Under the pieces are notes generated by a model that searched no databases, was not told the DNA's origin, and saw only the letters and a program-made list of their open reading frames with translations. From Aureliella sp. (GTDB lineage: Bacteria; Planctomycetota; Planctomycetia; Pirellulales; Pirellulaceae): DNA of 64,000 bases. The position numbers and the translations under genes were made by a program. Positions 19,560 through 27,782 of the stretch are shown piece by piece (the first letter of the stretch is position 1; every line of letters starts with the position of its first letter). The stretch is from NCBI GenBank assembly GCA_963691875.1, contig OY829846.1:3744001-3808000 (forward strand), in the 5' to 3' direction.

Positions 19560-20108
19560 ATGAAACACTTCCGTTTGATGTCCCTCTGCGTCCTGACTGT
19601 TCTCGGTCCATCCGTAGTTGGGCAGGAAGAGCAGAAGTTCGACCCAACTTCACCTTCTCCAAAAATCATCGCGCAAGAAGAGGCGATTCGTGGCTTGGAC
19701 CGTCTCAAGCAACTAGAAGGCGAGCTAACTCGAGTAAAAAACGAACTCGCCAAGTTAAGGCAAGAGCGCGAGAAGATGGTCGGCGAGATGAAGCAGAAGG
19801 ACGCAGAGTTGCTGCTGGTCAAAAAAGAGGCTCAGCAAAAGCAGGCCCTGCGTGATGCGTTACCCACCTTTCGACTGGTGGGTCTGGTTGAAACGGAAAA
19901 GCTCTCTATCGCCGTTGTCCAAGCCGGGGCAAGATCTTACCGGATACGTGACGACCAAAAGTTGATGTTGGAGCTCTCCAACGGTGCCAAGGTCCAGACA
20001 ACTTGCAAGATCAAATCGGACGATCTTGTTGAGCTGGTAATCCCTGAATTGTCCGTGACAGAAACCATCACGTTCCATCCTGGAGCGACGCCAAAGCCAG
20101 GGACATAG
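19560..20108 (+). CDS. secreted coiled-coil protein with PilP/GspC-HR-like C-terminal domain
   Basis: Signal peptide; coiled coil; FRLVGLVE....IAVVQ....YRIR resembles the PilP beta domain; upstream of secretin. Confidence 0.55.
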   Translation: MKHFRLMSLCVLTVLGPSVVGQEEQKFDPTSPSPKIIAQEEAIRGLDRLKQLEGELTRVKNELAKLRQEREKMVGEMKQKDAELLLVKKEAQQKQALRDALPTFRLVGLVETEKLSIAVVQAGARSYRIRDDQKLMLELSNGAKVQTTCKIKSDDLVELVIPELSVTETITFHPGATPKPGT

Positions 20109-20420
20109 AACAGATTCTTGGCCGACGCGTCCGCTTAAAGCTTCGGTCGTAAGGACTCAGTCACTTGCGCGTCCTGCTTCTATGCGAGCATAGGTCCATT
20201 GGCCTCAACTTCATGCCGCTTGCGCCGTCTTAAAATCGTCAAAATCGTTAGAGTCTGACGCGCGGTCCTGACGATGTACCCTAGTGATGATCCCTTAGTC
20301 CCTGGTCCGCAGTGTATCCGCAGATTGGGACCCAGCAACGGCGCAAGGCAAGACTGGGGGATAGGAGTCGGCCCGCAGTCATGAATGAAATTCATGATCT
20401 CACCTCAGGGATCACCGAAC

Positions 20421-20786
20421 ATGCTTATCAGGACGCCGCAGCGCGTTACTGCGTTTGCGATCTCACTCTGCTGTCTATCGGGCTGCCAATCCGTTTGGCG
20501 GGACGCGCCGGCTGTAGCCAAGCCTCCATCCAAAGTGCAGATGGACGCGTCGTGGTTCGCGTCTTCCGGAATGCCCTCTGAGCAGATTGATCAGCTAGTC
20601 CGGCAACGTCGTGATCACATCTCTGCTGTTAAGGCCCAGCGAAACCAGGCCGCTGACTCTCCCGAAACACATGCAATCGCGCTCCCAGAAAAGGATGTAG
20701 CGAAGCCTGCTGATTCCATCGCATCTGATCAACGAGGTGCGCTCGTGTTGGAGTTTGCAGGCAGCAAACAAGGCTCACAAGAATGA
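20421..20786 (+). CDS. lipoprotein, candidate secretin accessory/pilotin
   Basis: Lipobox LSGC; stop overlaps secretin start (ATGA). Confidence 0.55.
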   Translation: MLIRTPQRVTAFAISLCCLSGCQSVWRDAPAVAKPPSKVQMDASWFASSGMPSEQIDQLVRQRRDHISAVKAQRNQAADSPETHAIALPEKDVAKPADSIASDQRGALVLEFAGSKQGSQE

Positions 20787-22921
20787 ATAGACGACTCATC
20801 ACAATTCTGCTACTGCTTTTACCCTTTGCGGCCACCCTGTTCGTAAACGGTCCAGCACTGCCGCAAGAGACGCCTCCGGTGCGTCGGTCAGCCAATGAAG
20901 CCGCGTACCGCGAAAAGATGGAATATCGTTTGTCGAACGTGCAGTTTGACAATCGTTCGGTGCGCGAGATCATCGACCTGCTCAGCACCTCAACGGGTCT
21001 CAATATTGTGGCGACGCAAGAAGCGGCCGAGGAAAGCGTTACAATGACGCTTCGCGATGTGCGTGTCATCGATGCTATCGAGATGATGGCCAAAATTGCC
21101 GGCTTGTGGTACCGCGTCGAAGAACAGACTGGCATCATTCGGCTGATGACAGCCGAGCAATATCAGGATGACCTGGTCGTCTTTCGCAATGACCTGACGC
21201 GCGTTTTCACACTGTTGCATCCTAATGCCATTTCTATTGCTCAGACCATTCAGTCGCTTTACGGTCCACGTGTCATCCTTGGACTCCAACCCTTTGATGA
21301 CGATATCCTCGTCGGAACTACCGGGATAATCGGAGGTGGTGGTCTCGGTGGCGGCGGTCTCGGAGGCGGTGGATTCGGCGGAGCAGGCGGCCAGTTCGGA
21401 GGCGGCTTTGGCGGAGGCTTCGGTGGCGGTCTTGGCGGTGGATTCGGAGGTGGTCTGGGCGGCGGACTCGGTGGCCTTGGTGGTGGGCGCGGCGGATTCG
21501 GAGGCGGTCTAGGTGGTGGCTTAGGAGGAGGACTCGGCGGATTTGGCGGCGGCTTCGGTGGTCAAGGCGGATTCGGCGGTGGCTTTGGTGGCGTAGGCGG
21601 AGCCTTCTCAAGAGGCGGCGTTGGCAATGGAAACCTCTTGTTTGGCTCGCCGCTGTTCAATGTCCAGCAGCTGCCAGGTGATCCGCTCACCAGCAGTCAA
21701 CTCGCTCAGCTTCAACAACGCTTGCAGACTCTTGAAAACGGACAAGAAGGCGTTTCGAGTCAGGATGTCCAGAACATCACTTCGCGCGAACCGTTGATCT
21801 ATGTTGCTCACAACAAAACACATAGCTTGGTGATCGTCCGGACAAGTGACGAAGAGGCGATGAAAGCCATCGAGCGGCTGATTCTCGAACTGGATCGGCC
21901 AACGCCAGAAGTGTTGCTCGAGATGAAGATCCTCGAGGTGCGTCTTACCGACAACTTCCGCTCGGTGCTGGATGTCGCTTACAACGTCGGACCTCAAGGC
22001 CCGAGCACGGCGAATCAGATTCAACGCAATCCATTCCTCAACTCGGCTCAGACTGCAGCGCAGAGTGTCCTTGGGATTGTCGATAGTCCTGAGCTAAACG
22101 GGAATGGTTCGTTCATCTACCAATTTCTGAACGATCAGATTCGAGCTCGACTCGAAGTCCTCCAAGAGAACAACTTTGTAGCGTCCGTTGCCTCGCCCGT
22201 TTTGCTTTCTAGCAACAATCGACCTGCCCGAATCTTCGTTGGTGAAGAACGTGTATTGGTGACCGGGATCAACTCTGGAGTGGTAACAGCTGCGACTGGA
22301 CCGACTACCTCAGTTGTCCAACCTCAGACGGAAGTGCGCGATATCGGCACGTCTCTCGTTGTACTTCCAAAGATCAACGCTGACCGCACGGTAACGCTTT
22401 CGATCGCGCAGGATCAATCAGAAGTCGTGCCAGACAGCCAACAGCTGCCAGTTTCCAACGGCAGTCAAGTTCAAGAGTTTCCGATCGACTCGGTGCGTTC
22501 CTCGAATCTTCAAGGAACAGTCGTGGCACAGGACGGACTGACGATTGCAGTTGGTGGTTTGATTACAGATTCAACCAATGTTCGTGAACGTCGAGTGCCA
22601 GGTTTGAGCAGCCTACCACTAGTTGGCAAACTGTTCCGGCAGTATATCGACGAGAACGTGAAGACAGAGTTGATTCTGCTGATCACTCCGCATGTGATTA
22701 CTACGCCGATGGAAGGACAGTTTAAGAGTGAAGCTCGACTGCGAGCTCTCTCCGATCACCCTGCAGTGCTCAATGGCGAAGTCTGCAATACCTTGATGAC
22801 CGAAGGATTGCCACTGCCAAACCTGCAGGTTCCTAGTCATGACTGGGACGCGACCAAGCAAGCTCCCTGGCGTGAGGCCTCTGAAGCCTTGCCACCGGAG
22901 CCTGAAATTGGTCTTCCTTAA
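20783..22921 (+). CDS. secretin (PilQ/GspD family): N0, N3 and secretin domain
   Basis: LDRPTPEVLLEMKILEV, ASPVLLSSNNRPARIFVGE, DGLTIAVGGLI, VPGLSSLPLVGKLFR, KTELILLITPHVI. Confidence 0.93.
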   Translation: MNRRLITILLLLLPFAATLFVNGPALPQETPPVRRSANEAAYREKMEYRLSNVQFDNRSVREIIDLLSTSTGLNIVATQEAAEESVTMTLRDVRVIDAIEMMAKIAGLWYRVEEQTGIIRLMTAEQYQDDLVVFRNDLTRVFTLLHPNAISIAQTIQSLYGPRVILGLQPFDDDILVGTTGIIGGGGLGGGGLGGGGFGGAGGQFGGGFGGGFGGGLGGGFGGGLGGGLGGLGGGRGGFGGGLGGGLGGGLGGFGGGFGGQGGFGGGFGGVGGAFSRGGVGNGNLLFGSPLFNVQQLPGDPLTSSQLAQLQQRLQTLENGQEGVSSQDVQNITSREPLIYVAHNKTHSLVIVRTSDEEAMKAIERLILELDRPTPEVLLEMKILEVRLTDNFRSVLDVAYNVGPQGPSTANQIQRNPFLNSAQTAAQSVLGIVDSPELNGNGSFIYQFLNDQIRARLEVLQENNFVASVASPVLLSSNNRPARIFVGEERVLVTGINSGVVTAATGPTTSVVQPQTEVRDIGTSLVVLPKINADRTVTLSIAQDQSEVVPDSQQLPVSNGSQVQEFPIDSVRSSNLQGTVVAQDGLTIAVGGLITDSTNVRERRVPGLSSLPLVGKLFRQYIDENVKTELILLITPHVITTPMEGQFKSEARLRALSDHPAVLNGEVCNTLMTEGLPLPNLQVPSHDWDATKQAPWREASEALPPEPEIGLP
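21332..21601 (+). repeat. Gly-rich GGGF/GGGL coding repeat inside secretin
   Basis: About 90 codons; 10 FG and 9 LG units by eye; synonymous codons vary. Confidence 0.9.
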
Positions 22922-22992
22922 TAACAGTTTGCTGCCATCTTCGTCGGCTCATAGATAGCGTCTCACCAGATTTCAGAAAAAGCAGAACCCAG

Positions 22993-23721
22993 ATGTCATA
23001 TTCTTGCAACACAAAACGTTTCACTCACTGCTTGGTTCTAGTTCAACTAATGGCTCTCGCACTGAGTGTTCCTACGGCCAAAGCACAGGAGTTTTTGGCG
23101 AAAAATCAATCAACTCGAGCTAGTCGCACACCAACCAGCTTAACCGACATGGTCAAAGTGCAGTACAACGACTTGCAAAAGCCATTCACCGTACAGTCGG
23201 CATCGCATGTTCAAACGGCTGATGCGCTGAGTACCACGATGCCAGCTCCTGCCATGGAGGCAAAGAAGGTTGTGCTGAGCTACGGGATGCACCGCAAGCA
23301 AGCCCTGCGATTGCTTGGCGAGCCCACTTTCGAGAGCATCATTGGTTCGCTCCGCAGAGCGAGGGCTGAGTACCAGGATGTACTGGAGCTATTCTTCGAA
23401 AGGGATCAGCTCGTGTCGATTTTGGCGACCGAACTCGTTCGCAACAGCGCTGGCCGATTACAAACCGAGCTCGGCGATAAAGTTGTAATCTTCGAAGACA
23501 AACTGGACTTTGTCCCGTCACAGGTAGTACACAACGGCGATTTAAGATCCTCAATCGTCAATCACTTCTTCTTCGCAGCATCCCAGCACGCGGCAGCAGG
23601 CATGGAAAATCACTTCACGCCAGCCGCTCCTTGGTGGCAACAATGTCGCTTCGGGCACTATGGCTTTCAGTATGGTTATCCAATCAAGCCTGGAACCTAC
23701 CGTCCGCGGCAAGCTTTCTAG
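22993..23721 (+). CDS. secreted hypothetical protein with SmpA/BamE-like segment
   Basis: Signal peptide ending AKA; YGMHRKQALRLLGEP resembles the GMxxxxVxxxLGxP pattern. Confidence 0.5.
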   Translation: MSYSCNTKRFTHCLVLVQLMALALSVPTAKAQEFLAKNQSTRASRTPTSLTDMVKVQYNDLQKPFTVQSASHVQTADALSTTMPAPAMEAKKVVLSYGMHRKQALRLLGEPTFESIIGSLRRARAEYQDVLELFFERDQLVSILATELVRNSAGRLQTELGDKVVIFEDKLDFVPSQVVHNGDLRSSIVNHFFFAASQHAAAGMENHFTPAAPWWQQCRFGHYGFQYGYPIKPGTYRPRQAF

Positions 23722-24053
23722 TGCGGCCAATTAACAGAATGTCCAAACCTGGCCAAACCTGCTTTAGTCGTAAAAAGTAAGGCCCTGTCGGGCATAGTTG
23801 ACTTCTCATTAGCCAGCAATTTTCCTCGGAAATAGCCAGCCAAAGTCTGTTATTCCTGCGAGGAAGCGTCTGTTCGTTCTCCGAAACATGCTGGATGCGC
23901 TGAGTAAAATCTCTTAGGGACATCGCTCTCCCAACGCTACGCGAATCACGGCATCTCTGCTTGCCGACGCGATAACCGCGTACGGGGTGCGATATCTCCG
24001 GGTTGGCTGACGCGTTAAATGCCACGTCCACACTCAACCCACCTGGGGCAACC

Positions 24054-25076
24054 ATGGCCACTATTGCCGAGCCAGAAACGAGGTCAGCCGAAGACACAGT
24101 CACTTAGTCAAATCCGACTCCAGCGAAACGAAAGCCTAAAAAGAAGACTCTGGGGCAAAAGCTTGGCAAGGAAGCCATGATGATGACACGTCGGATTCAC
24201 CTCTACTCAGGGCTCTTTACGTTCCCTTGGGTATTGTTCTACGGATTCTCTGGCTAGTTCTTTAATCATCCTAGCTACTTTCTCGGCTACGAAACTCGCA
24301 ACTTTTCGGCTAGCAGAGAACTGGCTGAGTTGCCGATGCCGGAATCACTTGCAGAACAAGCCGTGGCAAAACTGAATGCTGCGGATGGTAGCCCCAATGT
24401 TGTCCTAACTGGAAGGATCTCTCCGCACTTTGACCGGTATCTGTTCTTCTCAGTAGATACCAACACGCAAACACTTCGCATTGAGATGCATTTGATGACG
24501 GGCGGAGGAGCGGTTCGCACGGAAGAGCGGGAGAAGGACGAAGATGATGAGGAATCCGCAAACGGAGTTCCTCGAAATTTTTTGGGCGATCTCGATAAGC
24601 TTGAGCTTCCCGAGAACACGTACAGCATTGCCAAAGATGAAGTCCCCACGGTGCTCGAGGAGCTGGGGCTTGAGAGTGGTGAGCCATCTAGCGGTAGATC
24701 GTCGACAAGCTTGATATTCTCTGCTGAAGTTGATGGCGTGCCGTGCAAGGTGCAATACAACCTGGCGAGCGGCGGAATCGCAGCTTTCGCTTATGAAGCC
24801 CCGCGCAGCGAGATGACCCTGAAGTCTTTTTCGCAGCGATTGCACCTGAGTCGTGGCTATGCTCCCTCGATGGGCACGAGAATTTGGTGGGCCATTTCAG
24901 TGGACGCCATATTCTTTTCGATGGTCTTTTGGGCTTTCCCTGGAATTTTCATGTGTTGGCAAATCAAGCAGATACGAACGATCGGATTTGTCACTTGCGG
25001 CCAGTGCCATCTGCGTGACTTGGCTAGCATCTGGCATGCACGATCAATTATCCGCTCGCATTCAAACGCGCAGTAG
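24054..25076 (+). pseudogene. PepSY-associated TM helix gene, disrupted
   Basis: ATG 24054; in-frame TAG at 24105 and 24255 within ...RRIHLYSGLFTFPWVLFYGFSG*FFNHP; LHLSRGY...W...VDA; apparent frameshift near 24990; 3' end approximate. Confidence 0.8.
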
Positions 25077-25254
25077 TAACAGTAGTCGTTCCATTGCCAG
25101 CAAACTTGCCGAGAATTCACAAGGAAACAGCAAGGGCCTTCTTCAGTTAAACCTCAAGCCCCAAGTCCAGCTTCCAAATAGGTGGGGTTCGCCAGAATCC
25201 CTGACAGTCTTCTTTCGCTCTGCCAAATCCCGTTCGATGTTTGATCAGCGGCGG

Positions 25255-25938
25255 CTACTGCTTGCAGTAGCTCAACGCGAGCAGGCTGAAGGTGGTGGCG
25301 AGGTTGGGATCGCTTTCCATCCAGCGTTCGTTGGAGTTGGTCCACGAGCCATCTTTGCCTTGGAGCTTAGCCAGGTGTTCGACGAGCTCTTCCCGCCAAT
25401 TGTGCTCCACGCCATTTTCGTCCTTAAGCGTGTCGATTCCAGCAGTGCTAAGTGACTTGGCGAACAGGTGATAGTAATAGTAAAGCCCCGCGTCGCCCAA
25501 GCCGGGATTCTCGGTGACGGTGTAATGGTCGCGAATCCACGTGAGTGCAGCAGCGACTCGCGGATCATCCTCTTTCAGACCTGCATGCAACATGCTCTTG
25601 AATCCAGCGTAAGTCATGGACCCGTAACTTCGTAGGCCGCCCTCATCCGTCTGGCCGGCAGCGGAACTGCTCTCGGTGATGTTGTAGTAGAAACCACCAT
25701 CGTTCACCTTGGCCGCATCTTTGGTGGTATTGTGAGCTGACTCCAAGTTCTGGCATCGCGAGACAAACGTCAGTGCTGCCTGAATTGCTTCTTCATGTTC
25801 GTCGGAATCCATCGCCTTTAGCGCGTCGATCAAGTAGGCCGTGTTGGAGAGATCTGGACGTGACTTGCCGCCGTAGCCAGCACCACCGTATTCCAAGTCA
25901 GACTCTTCAACACCTTTGGCATCGGTAAACTGCTCGCC
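25255..25938. repeat. 684-bp direct repeat copy 2 (partner 5967-6650)
   Basis: Direct sequence comparison, offset 19288 nt. Confidence 0.95.
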
Positions 25939-26361
25939 TTTGACAAACGCTGCCGCCTTGGCAAGCACCTTGTCGTACTGGCCTGACTTGTTGGCTTCTT
26001 TCAGGCACATCATGGCAACGCAAGTCTCGTACATCATGAGTCGCGAATTGTCAGGATAGATGCCTCCATTGTCGCGAGCGGATCCGGCGACGATGTTCAA
26101 GGCCTTGGCCACAGATGGATGCTCCAAAGGAACTTCATTGCGGATCATCGCGTGAGCAGCAAGAGCAGTAAGTCCAATACCAATTCGTGGGCTCACCGCA
26201 CCATCTGCACTTTGGCCGCGCTTCTGCATGAATTCGATGCCTTTCGAGACAACTTGTTTTCGCAACTTCTCGTCAGCTCGGGTGGTGGTAATGGGGCTGA
26301 GTAAAACCACGCAGATTGCGAGTACCAATCCAGATTTTATCTTGAAGTATCGACTGTTCAC
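25255..26361 (-). CDS. secreted prenyltransferase/squalene-oxidase repeat protein
   Basis: Signal peptide; QW-like repeats (QSADGAV, RCQNL...DGGFYY, LQGKDGSW), YGSMTYAG. Confidence 0.85.
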   Translation of the reverse strand: MNSRYFKIKSGLVLAICVVLLSPITTTRADEKLRKQVVSKGIEFMQKRGQSADGAVSPRIGIGLTALAAHAMIRNEVPLEHPSVAKALNIVAGSARDNGGIYPDNSRLMMYETCVAMMCLKEANKSGQYDKVLAKAAAFVKGEQFTDAKGVEESDLEYGGAGYGGKSRPDLSNTAYLIDALKAMDSDEHEEAIQAALTFVSRCQNLESAHNTTKDAAKVNDGGFYYNITESSSAAGQTDEGGLRSYGSMTYAGFKSMLHAGLKEDDPRVAAALTWIRDHYTVTENPGLGDAGLYYYYHLFAKSLSTAGIDTLKDENGVEHNWREELVEHLAKLQGKDGSWTNSNERWMESDPNLATTFSLLALSYCKQ

Positions 26362-26422
26362 GGTGTGCTCCGGTGAATTACAATGCTTACAGAACGAAAC
26401 GCTAAATAAAATCGCCCAAGTT

Positions 26423-26441
26423 GTTGAAACTGAGTCTCAAT
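26423..26441. promoter_or_regulatory. Fur-like palindrome between prenyltransferase-fold and bacterioferritin genes
   Basis: GTTGAAACTGAGTCTCAAT in an AT-rich divergent spacer. Confidence 0.65.
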
Positions 26442-26606
26442 TCTGCTGAAAATCATTATTTGAGGTTATTTCGTGAAACTCAATTCAACAAGCATTAAAC
26501 GCCTTGTTTTCTCTTGTCGGCATTCCTACAGTTTCACGGAAGGTTAGCCGAAAAAACAAAACACAACTTCAATCAAGATACTCTGATAAAGATTCAAGGC
26601 ACAGAA

Positions 26607-27056
26607 ATGAATTACGAACCAGTCATCGAGCAGCTCAACGAGATTCTCAAGCACGAATGGACAGGCGTTGCCCAGTACTCACAAGCTTCTTTCATCATCG
26701 AAGGCGTGTGGCGCGAAGTCTACGCTGAGAAGTTCGAAGACGATGCGAAGGAGTCTTTCGGACATGCCAAGTTGATCGGCGACAAGATTGTCGCGCTCGG
26801 CGGAGTGCCAGTCGCGCAGCGGAATGAAATCAAACAGTCTCGTGGTTTGACCGAAGTCCTGCAGAACGCTTTGGCATTTGAGTCCAAGGCCGTGGAAATG
26901 TATACAAAGGCCTTGGAACTGGCCGAAGGCGACCGAGCTTTGGTAGTCTTCCTGGAAGACATCCTGGTAGCAGAACAGGAAGGCGTAGACGAGTACACCA
27001 AGCTATTGCGTCAGTCCGAAGCGGCCGGCAAAGCAGGCGCACGGAAGTCAGGTTAA
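26607..27056 (+). CDS. bacterioferritin-like ferritin-superfamily protein
   Basis: VIEQLNEILKHEW.G..QY...HA..I...I..LGG.P...LAFE..A...Y pattern, 149 aa; ATG 26607. Confidence 0.8.
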   Translation: MNYEPVIEQLNEILKHEWTGVAQYSQASFIIEGVWREVYAEKFEDDAKESFGHAKLIGDKIVALGGVPVAQRNEIKQSRGLTEVLQNALAFESKAVEMYTKALELAEGDRALVVFLEDILVAEQEGVDEYTKLLRQSEAAGKAGARKSG

Positions 27057-27231
27057 AGCTTGCCGGTTTGAATCTGAGACAGCCTTGCAAAGTCAACCTC
27101 CTCTCGGACAGCAGGTTCGAGACGGGTGCTGTTAGCTCTGGGAGTTAGCGTTCATGCGTAGATATGCCCGACATTTGCTGGCAGTATCACTCTCAGTCGC
27201 GTAGTCTCCGCCATTAGGAAGAGAATTGGCT

Positions 27232-27552
27232 CTAAGACGCAGCCGAGATACTGCTGAATAGCAGGATTCTCGGCTCTGTATCAGGCCGGACTTCTTCTTG
27301 AGCCTGGATTTTCCGCGTCGTTCTCAAGCATGGCTTGGGTTGTTGCCCGCCCATCACGGATCGAAGCAGAACCATCTCCTGGCGAGTCATCTCCACCGCG
27401 CTCTGCGTAAACCAGCCCACGTCTTGGCTGAATGACTCATGACGCAGCACTATTGGCCGATCTACGTCAGACCGACTGGCGAAAACCATGCGCTGATCCG
27501 ACTCGTCGCCCTGGACGACTGCGATAATGTACTCGGTGGCTGCGTGAGTCAT
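27232..27552 (-). CDS. small hypothetical protein
   Basis: ATG ORF filling the gap, with a palindromic box 26 nt upstream. Confidence 0.55.
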   Translation of the reverse strand: MTHAATEYIIAVVQGDESDQRMVFASRSDVDRPIVLRHESFSQDVGWFTQSAVEMTRQEMVLLRSVMGGQQPKPCLRTTRKIQAQEEVRPDTEPRILLFSSISAAS

Positions 27553-27578
27553 GCTTGGCTGTAAAAAGGAAATGTCTT

Positions 27579-27597
27579 AATGAGACTCGGTTTCAAC
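27579..27597. promoter_or_regulatory. Fur-like palindrome
   Basis: AATGAGACTCGGTTTCAAC; reverse complement GTTGAAACCGAGTCTCATT matches the 26423 site at 17/19. Confidence 0.65.
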
Positions 27598-27782
27598 AGA
27601 ATCTAATCGTAATCAAATCAGTGGCAAACACAACATCAGGGCGCCGGTAGGGTTGTAATTACAGTCCTCATAAGGCGAAGAGTCGGCTTTTCGTCATGAA
27701 AGTTTGGGAACACTGAACTTGCTGATCTTCAGCACAGCGGGCTATGCTCGCTTCAAACCAAGATTTTGAAGGAGTGCCCTAA

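Noticed and set aside
20232..20248. AAAATCGT direct repeat in the spacer before the lipoprotein
   Set aside because: Two short copies only; could be chance
21332..21601. G-rich repeat as CRISPR or non-coding satellite
   Set aside because: In-frame Gly codons inside the secretin; no repeat-spacer structure
24054..24257. Two in-frame TAG codons as amber recoding or read-through
   Set aside because: The same gene has an apparent frameshift, many intact genes here end in TAG, and no pyl genes are visible
5535..25254. Pilus module as an ICE, prophage or conjugative element
   Set aside because: No integrase, relaxase, VirB4/T4CP, transposase or phage genes seen; boundaries are explained by homology and microhomology
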